From positions 320,001-384,000 of the forward strand of contig CBFIGY010000001.1 in NCBI GenBank assembly GCA_965662235.1: a DNA stretch of 64,000 nucleotides, given 5' to 3'. Source of the DNA: an uncultured bacterium. Lineage in GTDB: Bacteria; SAR324; NAC60-12. The notes below the pieces were generated by a model. The model saw nothing but the letters and a program-made list of their open reading frames with translations, searched no databases and was not told the DNA's origin. Below, piece by piece: positions 46,989-56,126 of the stretch (the stretch's first letter is position 1; every line of letters starts with the position of its first letter). Made by a program: the position numbers and the translations under genes.

Positions 46989-47882
46989 TTAATCGTGAAA
47001 CTTGGGGTCAAAGGCATCTCGCAGCCCCTGGCTGGCCACGTTGATGCTGAGGACCAGTAGGAGGATGGCGATGCCGGGGAAGGTGCTCACCCACCATGCC
47101 TCCAGCATGAAGGCACGGCCGTCGGCGACCATGGAGCCCCATGACGCGGTTGGAGGCTGCACCCCCAGTCCGAGAAACGACAGACTGGCCTCCAGAATGA
47201 TCACGTGCGCCATGCGGACCGTGGAGACCACCACAACCGGGGAGAGAATGTTGGGGAGGATTTCACGCAACATGATGTAACCACGTCCGCCTCCCATTGC
47301 TCGGGCTGCCTCAACGTACTCCAGCTCACGAGTGGCCAGGGTTTCTCCTCGTACCACGCGGCAGGGGATCACCCATTCCTTGTAGGCCAAGGCAAAGATG
47401 ATGTTTTGCAGGCCGGGCCCGGTCATTGCGATCAGGGCAATGGCAAAGATGAGGTAGGGAAACCCGAGCAGGATATCGACCAGCCGGGAGATTGCGACGT
47501 CCACCCAGCCCCGCAGGTACCCTGCCGCCAGCCCGGCCAAGGTTCCAATGGTGGTGGCGACCAGAATCACCGAGGCGCCAATGAAAATGGAAATCCGTGC
47601 TCCGTAGATGATACGGGAAAGGATATCGCGTCCAAGCGCGTCGCACCCCAGCAGGTAGGCCCAGTCACCGCCTTCCATCCACGCTGGTGGTTGCAAGCGG
47701 AGGAAGAGGTCGGCTTCATTAGGATCATGTGGGGCAAACAGCGGAGCTGCGATTGCCATCAGGATGAACAGAAGGACGACTGCTGCAGAGCCCAACGACA
47801 TCTTGCTGCGGGCAAACAGGCGGAGGTTCCTCCGAAACAGGGACTCCGTGGCGTGGGTCCGTTCTGCAACCAGGCGAGACAT
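46989..47882 (-). CDS. Oligopeptide/dipeptide ABC permease (OppC/DppC-like)
   Basis: LGCDALGRD, YVEAARAMG, LSFLGLG, GLRDAFDPK; TAATG coupling. Confidence 0.92.
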   Translation of the reverse strand: MSRLVAERTHATESLFRRNLRLFARSKMSLGSAAVVLLFILMAIAAPLFAPHDPNEADLFLRLQPPAWMEGGDWAYLLGCDALGRDILSRIIYGARISIFIGASVILVATTIGTLAGLAAGYLRGWVDVAISRLVDILLGFPYLIFAIALIAMTGPGLQNIIFALAYKEWVIPCRVVRGETLATRELEYVEAARAMGGGRGYIMLREILPNILSPVVVVSTVRMAHVIILEASLSFLGLGVQPPTASWGSMVADGRAFMLEAWWVSTFPGIAILLLVLSINVASQGLRDAFDPKFHD

Positions 47883-48889
47883 TACAGGCGAACCCTTGGA
47901 TTGAGCACGGTGTAGAGCAGGTCTGCCACAAAGTTCAGCAACACGTAGGTGACCGCATAAATCAAAACAGCCGCCTGAATCAGTGGGTAATTGCGGACAA
48001 AAATGCTCTCCACGACTAGGCGTCCCAGGCCCGGCCACCCAAAGACGGTCTCAACCACCATGTTGCCTCCAAGCAACGCTCCGGTCTCAATGGCAGCCAC
48101 AGTGACGGTGGGAATCAGGGCATTCTTCAACGCATGCTTGGTCAGCACCTTGGAACGGGAGATGCCCTTGGCTTCAGCAAAGGTGATGTAATCCTGCTTC
48201 AGGACCTCCAGCATGGAGACCCGTGTGACCCGCATCAGGATGGAGGCCATTGGCAACCCCAGGGTGATGCCTGGGAGGATGAGGTGAGAAAGCACGTCTG
48301 TGAAGGCGTCGAAGCGCCCGTGCAGAAGGGTATCGATCAGCAGCAGGTGGGTGATTGGGGGAACTTCTGAAGAGTACCCTGCCCGTCCTGAAACCGGAAG
48401 AAGGTGGAGGTGTACGGCAAACAGCATGAGCAGCAGAATGCCAAACCAGAATCCGGGCAACGAGACTCCGAACAGAGACCCCACGGTGGCCAGCCGGTCA
48501 AGGATGGTGTTCTTCTTGACGGCTGCAAGAACCCCCAGCGGAATCGCTGTTACCAGAGCCAGGAGCAACGCAAAGAGGCTCAGCTCAATGGTCGCCGGCA
48601 GGCGTGAGGCAATCACGTCCATGACAGGCTGACGGTGGTAGTAGCTGAGCCCGAAATTCCCGGTGACTGCGTTTTCCAGAAATTTGACAAAACGCTCCAC
48701 CGGAGGCAGGTCCAGTCCCATGTCTCGACGCAGCGCCTGCTCCTGGGCGGCTGTGACGTGCTGGTCTCCCAGCATGATCTGCACCGGGTCCCCGGGCGTC
48801 AGGGTCATCATGAAGAAGACGATGGCACTGACGCCAAACAGTACCGGAATCAGCTGGGCCAGCCGGGCGATCAGCTTACCGATTTTCAT
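47882..48889 (-). CDS. Oligopeptide/dipeptide ABC permease (OppB/DppB-like)
   Basis: PGDP, RLPATIEL, HALKNALIP, ETVFGWPGLG, LNPR. Confidence 0.92.
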   Translation of the reverse strand: MKIGKLIARLAQLIPVLFGVSAIVFFMMTLTPGDPVQIMLGDQHVTAAQEQALRRDMGLDLPPVERFVKFLENAVTGNFGLSYYHRQPVMDVIASRLPATIELSLFALLLALVTAIPLGVLAAVKKNTILDRLATVGSLFGVSLPGFWFGILLLMLFAVHLHLLPVSGRAGYSSEVPPITHLLLIDTLLHGRFDAFTDVLSHLILPGITLGLPMASILMRVTRVSMLEVLKQDYITFAEAKGISRSKVLTKHALKNALIPTVTVAAIETGALLGGNMVVETVFGWPGLGRLVVESIFVRNYPLIQAAVLIYAVTYVLLNFVADLLYTVLNPRVRL

Positions 48890-48923
48890 AGCAGGTGACT
48901 CGGTCGGGGGTCTCGGGGAGCCG

Positions 48924-50453
48924 TTACTTCAGACAGGCGTCATGCAGGTTGATGCGACTGTCGGCACTGGGCTGCCAGCCGGTGACCCGGTTGGAGACGC
49001 CATAGAGGTCCTGCGCCACCCAGAGGTACACGTAGGGCAAGTCCTGATTGACGAGTGCTTCAGCCTGCGCGTAGAGCGCTGCTCGCTTGGTTCGGTCCAG
49101 CTCCGCTCCGGCTTCATCCAGCAGCTGATCCACCTTTGGGTTGGAGTAGCCACTTGAGTTGCCACGATCAGCCGTCCGGTGCGTGGGCACAAAAATGCCC
49201 ACCGGGTCCAGGGAGCCATTCCCCCAAGAAGTCAGCCACATCTGACCATCAATGGGATCTCCCTTGGTGCGGTAACGCTTCACCAGCTGAGAGCCTTCCC
49301 CAACGACCACCTTCACCCGAATATCCGCTTTGCTCAACACGGCGCCAATGGCTTCTGCAATTTCCTTGTTGGCTCCGTCGACATCCAGCGTGACATCCAG
49401 CCCATTTGCATAACCGGCTTCTGCAAGCAGGGCTTTGGCCTTGGCCACATCGTAGCCGTAGGCTGGCAGGTTGGTGTTCTTGCCGAAGGCGTCCGGACTG
49501 AGGATACCATCAATCAAAGAGGCATTGCCATTGAGGATCTTGTCCACAATCAACTGCCGATCCAGGGCATGGGCCACGGCTTGGCGCACCCGAGCATCGT
49601 TGAAGGGAGCCTTTTGGTTGTTAAGGGCAATGTAGGATGACCGGGTTCCATTGACGGCCATGACCCGGGTGTTGGGGTTGTTCTCCACCTGCCGGACGGT
49701 GTGTGCCGGGAGGTCGTTGATGATGTGAACATCCCCGGCCAGCAAGGCGGCCACTCGAGAGGCGTTCTCCGGGATGATCTTGAAGATGACTCGGTCCACG
49801 CAGGCCGGCTGTACCGGAGGAATGTCCGCTGCTCCCCCGTAGTAGCCGTCAAAGCGCTCCATGATCACCGAGTCTCCCTTCCGCCACTCCACCAGCTTGA
49901 AGGGACCGGTGCCATTGACCTGGTTGGCCAGTTCCCCGGGACCAATCTTTTCCACAAAACTCTTGGAGACCATTTCCTGAAACGGTTGCATCGCAGGGAA
50001 AATGGGTGCAGGCGCATTGAGGACAAAACGGACGGTCAAGGGATCGACGACGACGACTTCCTTGAGGTCACCCACCAGGCTCTGGCGTGGGCTGGTCTGG
50101 CCGTCCATTGCGCCCTCTTGAGTCAGACGCTCATAGGTGAACTTGACGTCCTCAGCGGTGAAGGGGGTGCCATCGTGAAAGGTCACCCCCGACCGCAGCT
50201 TGAACTCATACGTCACCGGGTTGAGCTGAGACCAACTGGCAGCGAGTTCCGGAACGACGTTCATCGCCGAGTCACGAGTCAGGATGCCGTCGTACATGTT
50301 GCGGATGATCGTCTCCGTCTCACGCTTCCGGTGGTTGGCTGGGTCAAGGGTCAAGGCGTCCATGGTAAAACCCACCCGCAGCTCTGTGGCTCCTGCCAGG
50401 GTCGGCAGAGCGAGAGCGGCAGCAACTCCCCACGCAATCCATTTCGTCTTCAT
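48924..50453 (-). CDS. Family 5 ABC substrate-binding protein (OppA/DppA-like)
   Basis: Signal peptide, TLDP, PELAASW, FHDGTPFTAEDV, GTGPFK, RVRQA. Confidence 0.92.
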   Translation of the reverse strand: MKTKWIAWGVAAALALPTLAGATELRVGFTMDALTLDPANHRKRETETIIRNMYDGILTRDSAMNVVPELAASWSQLNPVTYEFKLRSGVTFHDGTPFTAEDVKFTYERLTQEGAMDGQTSPRQSLVGDLKEVVVVDPLTVRFVLNAPAPIFPAMQPFQEMVSKSFVEKIGPGELANQVNGTGPFKLVEWRKGDSVIMERFDGYYGGAADIPPVQPACVDRVIFKIIPENASRVAALLAGDVHIINDLPAHTVRQVENNPNTRVMAVNGTRSSYIALNNQKAPFNDARVRQAVAHALDRQLIVDKILNGNASLIDGILSPDAFGKNTNLPAYGYDVAKAKALLAEAGYANGLDVTLDVDGANKEIAEAIGAVLSKADIRVKVVVGEGSQLVKRYRTKGDPIDGQMWLTSWGNGSLDPVGIFVPTHRTADRGNSSGYSNPKVDQLLDEAGAELDRTKRAALYAQAEALVNQDLPYVYLWVAQDLYGVSNRVTGWQPSADSRINLHDACLK

Positions 50454-50522
50454 TCTTCATCTCCATGATTAGCAAGAATAAAACTTCACCCAGGGCAGCT
50501 CCCTGGTAGGAGCGAGGTCTAA

Positions 50523-50538
50523 CGCAATAGCTGTGCCA
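50523..50538 (-). promoter_or_regulatory. Sigma54 -24/-12 promoter for the Opp-like operon
   Basis: Minus strand TGGCAC-AGCTA-TTGCG, near-perfect consensus, about 70 nt before the ATG. Confidence 0.85.
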
Positions 50539-50610
50539 GTTGCATGGTCCAATAATCATCAATAATATGAGTGACTCCTGAGCTTAAACGATTGAGCTGT
50601 GGCGCTGCAT

Positions 50611-50646
50611 GGGTGATTTGCACGCCTATTTGTAAAATTTACACGC
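50611..50646. promoter_or_regulatory. Tandem upstream activator site candidates
   Basis: GGGTGATTTGCACGC (50611) and GTAAAATTTACACGC (50632), 21 nt apart. Confidence 0.55.
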
Positions 50647-50864
50647 GGGCCTCCTGGTGCAGAGAAACCCCAAAGTCCGGAAGTTGGCTGGCTTATCAGA
50701 AAACGGACGTGTTCGTTCGAGTGACTTCAGTCCGGAATCACGGGCGCTGCTTTGTCCCAATGAAGAAGCTCCGTGGACGGCACCTCCCTCTGCGCACGTC
50801 TCAGGGAAGGCCCGGGCTTGTCTTTCAGAACCGCCACTCCTGCGGACTGAAGCAAGGGCTCTTG

Positions 50865-50920
50865 GTTTGACGGAACGGTCATGGAACCCGAACACAACCT
50901 GAACCTGGGGACGTTAGCTT
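50865..50920 (+). promoter_or_regulatory. Pho-box-like 11-bp periodic array plus -10 element
   Basis: Heptamers GTTTGAC, CGGTCAT, CCCGAAC, CCTGAAC at 50865, 50876, 50887, 50898; 10-nt gap; TAGCTT. Confidence 0.6.
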
Positions 50921-50954
50921 AGCGGCTTTCGCAACCTCAAGCTCGGGAGTACTC

Positions 50955-53123
50955 GTGAAGAAAACCATGATTCCATTGCTGTCCAGCATCTTGGCCCTGT
51001 CGGCCTCAGCTGGGCATGCTCAAAGCTTCAACCGCCTCGCTTCCTTTGCGACCAACCACAACATCCCTGCGGGGATGGACCCCATGAGTGAGACCTCAGC
51101 GGAAATCATCACGGCCACTCAAGATGGTCAGATGCTGGTGTATTCCGACAGCCCCCTAGGGGGAATTGGCATGGTCGACATCAGCAATCCATCCAACCCA
51201 CAGCCTGCCGGATTCCTCACCCTCAACGGAGAGCCGACCTCAGTGACCACTGCAGGGTCGATGATCCTGGCTGCTGTCAACACGTCTCCGAGCTTCACCG
51301 AGGTTTCCGGATACCTCGCGGTCATTGACCCGCAGACGAAGCAGCTGGTGGGACGCTGTGAGCTTTCAGGACAGCCCGACTCGACGGCCGTCTCTCCTGA
51401 TGGACGTTACGTCGCCGTTGCCATTGAGAATGAACGGGACGAGGACCTTGGGGACGGAGGCATTCCGCAGAATGCTCCTGGAAACGTCACCCTCTTCCCG
51501 CTGGTGAACGACCGTCCGGTCTGTGATCAGGTCCAGGTGATTGATATGACCGGACTTGCGGACATCGCGCCTTCGGATCCAGAGCCCGAGTTTGTGGACT
51601 TCAACTCCCGGAACGAGATCGTGGTCTCCATGCAGGAGAACAATCACATCGCCATCATTGATGCCGCCTCCGGACGCATTGTCTCTCATTTTTCCGCCGG
51701 ACAGGTGAACCTGCGTAACGTCGACCTGGAGGAAGAAGGCGCCTTGACCTTTGATGGGGTGCAGAACAATCGCCTCCGTGAACCGGACGCTGTGCACTGG
51801 ATTGACGACAACCGCATTCTGGCCGCGAACGAAGGGGACTGGAATGGCGGTGCCCGGGGCTTCACCATCTACAACCGGCAAGGGGCTGAGCTCTACGAAG
51901 CCGGGCTGGACTTTGAGTACCGCGCCGCCATGGCCGGACACTACCCCGAGAAGCGCTCAGGCAACAAGGGCATTGAGCCGGAAGGCCTCGAAATTGGCAC
52001 CTTCAACGGCCAGACCTACCTGTTTGTGCTCTCGGAGCGTGGCTCGCTGGTGGGCGTCTACCGTGACACAAAGGGCGCTCCAGAGTTTGTGCAGTTGCTG
52101 CCCTCCGGAATTTCCCCGGAAGGCGCCATTGCGATTCCAAGCCGGAATCTGCTGGTGACTGCCAATGAGACCGATCTGGGTCCGGATGGCGGGGTGCGGG
52201 CGCATGTGATGATCTATGGCCTGAGTGCCGGCGAGCCGAGCTACCCGCAACTGGTCTCCGGAATGGACCAGGGTCGGCCGATTGGCTGGGGAGCCCTCTC
52301 CGGTCTGACGGCAGACCCGCAGAAGCCGGGCATTCTGTACGCGGTCAACGACAGCTTCTACAGCATGCAGCCCACCATTTTCACCATTGACGCCAATCAG
52401 AAACCCGCCCGGATCATCGCCGCCACCCCGGTGACCCGTGGGGGACAGCCGGCTCAGAAGCTCGACCTGGAAGGCATTGCTGCCGATGGCAAGGGCGGCT
52501 TCTGGCTCGCCTCGGAAGGCCGAACCGATCGGCTCATCCCGCATGCGCTCTACCACGTCGACAGCAAGGGCCGCATCCGCAGCGAAATCCCTTTCCCCAA
52601 AGAGCTGCTGAGCGTTGAAAAACGCTATGGCGCAGAGGGCATCACGGTCGTGGGCGACACGCTGTGGATCGCCATTCAGCGTAGCTGGGACAATGATCCG
52701 AAGGACCTCGTCAAGCTGGTCTCCTACAACACCCAAACCCGAGAGTGGGGAGCCGTCTTCTATCCGACGGAGCCGACCAGCAAGGGCTGGGTGGGCCTTT
52801 CGGAAATCACCGCCTACAACGGCAACGTTTATGTCATTGAGCGAGACAATCAGATTGGGGAAGCGGCCCGCATCAAGCGGCTCTACCGCATCTCCGGCTC
52901 AGATATGAACACGCTGCCCCTCGCCGGCAACAAGTTCTACCTCGTCCGCAAGGAACTGGTCCGTGACTTCATTCCGGACCTCAAGGCCCTCAACGGCTTT
53001 GTTGTGGACAAGGTGGAAGGCTTCACCGTTGACGCCCAGGGCACTGGTTTTGTGGTTACCGACAACGATGGCGTGGACGACAGCTCCGGAGAAACCTACT
53101 TCTTCTCCATCGGCAACCTCTAA
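50955..53123 (+). CDS. Secreted beta-propeller plus esterase-like/phytase-like domain protein (putative alkaline phosphatase/phytase)
   Basis: Signal peptide ending GHA; SAEI, PEPE, REPD, ANEGD, RSGNKGIEPEG; C-terminal domain with GALSGL, DLEGI, SEG, ERDN, KVEG, TDND. Confidence 0.8.
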   Translation: MKKTMIPLLSSILALSASAGHAQSFNRLASFATNHNIPAGMDPMSETSAEIITATQDGQMLVYSDSPLGGIGMVDISNPSNPQPAGFLTLNGEPTSVTTAGSMILAAVNTSPSFTEVSGYLAVIDPQTKQLVGRCELSGQPDSTAVSPDGRYVAVAIENERDEDLGDGGIPQNAPGNVTLFPLVNDRPVCDQVQVIDMTGLADIAPSDPEPEFVDFNSRNEIVVSMQENNHIAIIDAASGRIVSHFSAGQVNLRNVDLEEEGALTFDGVQNNRLREPDAVHWIDDNRILAANEGDWNGGARGFTIYNRQGAELYEAGLDFEYRAAMAGHYPEKRSGNKGIEPEGLEIGTFNGQTYLFVLSERGSLVGVYRDTKGAPEFVQLLPSGISPEGAIAIPSRNLLVTANETDLGPDGGVRAHVMIYGLSAGEPSYPQLVSGMDQGRPIGWGALSGLTADPQKPGILYAVNDSFYSMQPTIFTIDANQKPARIIAATPVTRGGQPAQKLDLEGIAADGKGGFWLASEGRTDRLIPHALYHVDSKGRIRSEIPFPKELLSVEKRYGAEGITVVGDTLWIAIQRSWDNDPKDLVKLVSYNTQTREWGAVFYPTEPTSKGWVGLSEITAYNGNVYVIERDNQIGEAARIKRLYRISGSDMNTLPLAGNKFYLVRKELVRDFIPDLKALNGFVVDKVEGFTVDAQGTGFVVTDNDGVDDSSGETYFFSIGNL

Positions 53124-53131
53124 CCCTCCTT

Positions 53132-53194
53132 GAGGAAGCGCTCTGCTTCCTCTGCCCGTCAGGCCTCACGCTCTCCAGGGGGCCTGACGTTTCT
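53132..53194 (+). terminator. Two tandem hairpins, the second followed by a short U-tract
   Basis: GAGGAAGC/GCTTCCTC (53132-53152); CGTCAGGCC/GGCCTGACG (53157-53189) then TTTCT. Confidence 0.6.
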
Positions 53195-53235
53195 CCCAGT
53201 CCCAACGGCTTCCCTGACTTCTCCCCAGATCCGAA

Positions 53236-53291
53236 CCCTTAGGGAATCTTCACGCGGTGCTAACGAAGGCTGAAAACTCCTTCGGCATGAT
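53236..53291 (+). promoter_or_regulatory. Pho-box-like 11-bp periodic array plus -10 element
   Basis: Heptamers CCCTTAG, TCTTCAC, TGCTAAC, GCTGAAA at 53236, 53247, 53258, 53269; 10-nt gap; CATGAT. Confidence 0.55.
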
Positions 53292-53344
53292 GCTTACGAA
53301 AAGGTGGCCCTGATGACTCAATCCCCTCAAGCCATGGACCTGTT

Positions 53345-54166
53345 TTGAATGCACCAACCCGCCCACAGCCCTCCAGCAACCCATCCCGGACCCGATACCG
53401 CACCGTCTGCGTATCCGATTTTCACCTCGGTGCCCGTGGATGCAAGGCCGAACGGCTCTGTCACTTCCTGAAGCAGACGCAGTGTGATGTGCTTTACCTA
53501 GTGGGAGACATCATTGACATCGAAAAGCTTCAGCGCCGCATCTACTGGCCTCAGGAGCACTCCAACGTCATTCGGCGGGTGCTGACCATGGCCAAACGCG
53601 GCACGCAGGTGGTGTACATCCTTGGCAATCACGATGAGGCGATCAAGCAGTGGCTGCACTACCATCCGAAGCTGGGAAACGTCGAAATCCGCAGCCAAGC
53701 CATTCATGAGGGACTGGACGGGCGCAAGTTCCTGGTCATTCACGGAGACATCTTCGACGGCATTGTGCAGGTACAGCGCTGGCTGTACTGGGTGGGCGAC
53801 CGAGCCTATGACCTAGCGCTGCTGGTGAACGACAGCCTCAACTGGATCCGGGAACGCTTTGGCCTCGCCCACTGGCCCATCAGCCGCTTCCTCAAGATGC
53901 AGGTCAAGTCGGCAGTCAACTACCTCACCGAGTTTGAGTCGACCATGGCCAAGTACTGCAAGAAACGGAAGCTCGATGGCGTCATCTGCGGACACATCCA
54001 TCACCCGGAGATCCGGGAGATTGAGGGCATTTCCTACATGAACGATGGCGACTGGGTGGAGTCCTGCAGCGCGCTGGTGGAGACCCTTGAGGGGCGCTGG
54101 GAGATTTTGCACTGGAACAAGGAAGGGGCGCGAGCCCAACCGTGGTCGCTGGCGGAGGTCGCATGA
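53345..54166 (+). CDS. plcP: PlcP-like metallophosphoesterase (phospholipase C; LpxH-related family)
   Basis: SDFHLG, LVGDIID, GNHD, HGD, CGHIH, NDGDWVESC; directly upstream of a GT4. Confidence 0.8.
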   Translation: MNAPTRPQPSSNPSRTRYRTVCVSDFHLGARGCKAERLCHFLKQTQCDVLYLVGDIIDIEKLQRRIYWPQEHSNVIRRVLTMAKRGTQVVYILGNHDEAIKQWLHYHPKLGNVEIRSQAIHEGLDGRKFLVIHGDIFDGIVQVQRWLYWVGDRAYDLALLVNDSLNWIRERFGLAHWPISRFLKMQVKSAVNYLTEFESTMAKYCKKRKLDGVICGHIHHPEIREIEGISYMNDGDWVESCSALVETLEGRWEILHWNKEGARAQPWSLAEVA

Positions 54167-55218
54167 GGCTCCGACGCTTTGCCCTGGTCACGGACGCCTG
54201 GCACCCGCAGACCAACGGGGTGGTCAACACCCTCTCTCGTTTTGTCAGGCACCTAGAGTCCAACGGGGTGGAGGTTTTGGTGCTCTCCCCGCAAGATGGC
54301 CCCACGGTGCCGCTTCCGTCTTATCCGGAGATCCGGATTGCCACCCAGCCCTGGAAAGCGGTCACGCGTCTGCAGCAGTTCAACCCGGATGCAGTCCACG
54401 TGGCAACCGAGGGGCCGCTCGGATTTTGGGTGCGCGGATGGCTGGGACGCAACCGCTTTCGCTTCACAACCAGCTTCCACACCCGCTTTCCGGAGTACCT
54501 GAGCGCCCGGCTCCCGGTGCCGCTGGAGTGGGGGTACCGGCTGGAGCGCTGGTTTCACGGCGGCGCTGAGCACACGCTGGTGGGCACTCAGTCCCTGATC
54601 CGGGAGCTGAAGGCCCAGCACGTTGGCAGGCACTTGGTGCACTGGCCCCGTGGTGTGGACGTCGAACGCTTTCATCCACGCTATCGTGAATCAAACGTCT
54701 ACGACGGTCCTGGACCCAAGTGGCTCTATGTGGGGCGTGTGGCCGTGGAGAAGAGCATTGAGCACTTTCTCACCCTAGACCTGCCGGGCACCAAGATTGT
54801 TGTGGGCGATGGCCCGTCTCGCGAGGAACTGCAGCGCCGCTTTCCGGAGGTCGTCTGGCGCGGGTGGCAGCACGGTGATGAGCTGTCCCGGCACTTCGCC
54901 AGCGCGGACTGCTTCGTGTTCCCTTCCCGGACCGAGACCTTTGGGAATGTTTTGCTGGAAGCCATGGCGTCCGGACTCCCGGTGGCTTCGGTTCCTGCTC
55001 CGGGACCAGTGGACCTGATTGAGGAGGGGATCAATGGAGCCCTCAGTGAGAACCTGCACGACGCATGTTTGCGGGCAGTGACGTGTTCCCGGAAGCGCGC
55101 CCGTGCCACGGCCCAGCGGTTCAGTTGGAAGGTCAGCCACGAGCTGTTTCAGCTTCACCTGGTGCCGTTCCGTCCTGCCGACCCGCTGTCTCATCCTCAG
55201 GAAGCGTTCGCCTCCTAG
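54163..55218 (+). CDS. GT4 glycosyltransferase, Agt-like glycolipid synthase
   Basis: VTDAWHPQTNGVV, HVATEGPLG, FHTRFPEY, YVGRVAVEKS, FPSRTETFGNVLLEA; ATGA overlap with plcP. Confidence 0.85.
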   Translation: MRLRRFALVTDAWHPQTNGVVNTLSRFVRHLESNGVEVLVLSPQDGPTVPLPSYPEIRIATQPWKAVTRLQQFNPDAVHVATEGPLGFWVRGWLGRNRFRFTTSFHTRFPEYLSARLPVPLEWGYRLERWFHGGAEHTLVGTQSLIRELKAQHVGRHLVHWPRGVDVERFHPRYRESNVYDGPGPKWLYVGRVAVEKSIEHFLTLDLPGTKIVVGDGPSREELQRRFPEVVWRGWQHGDELSRHFASADCFVFPSRTETFGNVLLEAMASGLPVASVPAPGPVDLIEEGINGALSENLHDACLRAVTCSRKRARATAQRFSWKVSHELFQLHLVPFRPADPLSHPQEAFAS

Positions 55219-56102
55219 GCGACCACCTCCATCATCGGCTGCCCCATCCAGATTCGCTGTCCTTCCTTTAAGGTGTCGCTGAGGCGCACCCCCGAGGTGC
55301 TGAAGACTAGGATGGTGGAGCCGTGCTCAAACCACCCCATTTCCTCGCCCTTGAGGAAGGAGGCGGCACAGGGAATGTGGTTGGGCCCCTGGTACTTGAG
55401 GTTCAGGGCCGTTTCTAGGAAGCGGAAGCGCATGCTCGCAACGAGGATGGCCGCGACGGGGACCAGGGTCACGGACTCAGAGGTCCCTTCCAGCGTCAGC
55501 GGGAGGAGGGCCCGCTCATTCTTGCAAAAGAGCCGTTCCACGCGCTTGAGCGCAATGGGATTGACGTTCCAGGTGTCACCTGAAATGTAGGTGAGGTTCC
55601 GGACCTGACAGTTGGCAGGCGCATGGAAGCGATGGTAGAAGCTGGACTTGAGGCGCAGCGTGAGGAAGTGGCCGTTGGCGTAGCGGTCCACCAGCGCCGG
55701 GTCCAGCAAGAGGTCCTGCAGCGTGTAGGGAAATCCCTTGGCCTGAAAAACACGGGTGCCATCAATGCGTCCGTGTGCGCCAACGATGGCGTCACAGGGG
55801 CTGGTCAGCCAGTTTGGTGCGGGGTCAATCGTCCGGGCCCCTTCCTTGAGCTCCCGGATGAAGCAGTCGTGCAGGCTGGTGAAGTGCGTTTTTTTCGCCT
55901 CATCTAGGTTGAGGTCATCTGCAAAGAATTTCCAGAGAGCCAGCGACACGTCCCGGACCAGCGGATGCTCTCGTTTGCTGAACCACCCCATGAACTGGGT
56001 GAGCAGCTGGCGAGGAATGCGGTTGGTCAGGAGGAAGTTCAGGTCTTCTTGCTGGAAGATCCGGTCCTTGAGCGTGGGGGTCGCAGAGCGTTCAGGAGTC
56101 AT
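55215..56102 (-). CDS. Phosphatidylserine-decarboxylase-family pyruvoyl proenzyme (atypical, HGST cleavage motif)
   Basis: SPCD, AKG, YHRFHAP, NER, KGEEMGWFEHGST (canonical LGST). Confidence 0.85.
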   Translation of the reverse strand: MTPERSATPTLKDRIFQQEDLNFLLTNRIPRQLLTQFMGWFSKREHPLVRDVSLALWKFFADDLNLDEAKKTHFTSLHDCFIRELKEGARTIDPAPNWLTSPCDAIVGAHGRIDGTRVFQAKGFPYTLQDLLLDPALVDRYANGHFLTLRLKSSFYHRFHAPANCQVRNLTYISGDTWNVNPIALKRVERLFCKNERALLPLTLEGTSESVTLVPVAAILVASMRFRFLETALNLKYQGPNHIPCAASFLKGEEMGWFEHGSTILVFSTSGVRLSDTLKEGQRIWMGQPMMEVVA

Positions 56103-56126
56103 TTAACCTTTTTCACATGAGTCCGC

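Noticed and set aside
53345..54166. Calling the phosphoesterase lpxH
   Set aside because: The GDWVESC motif, coupling to a GT4 and the Pho-like promoter fit PlcP better.
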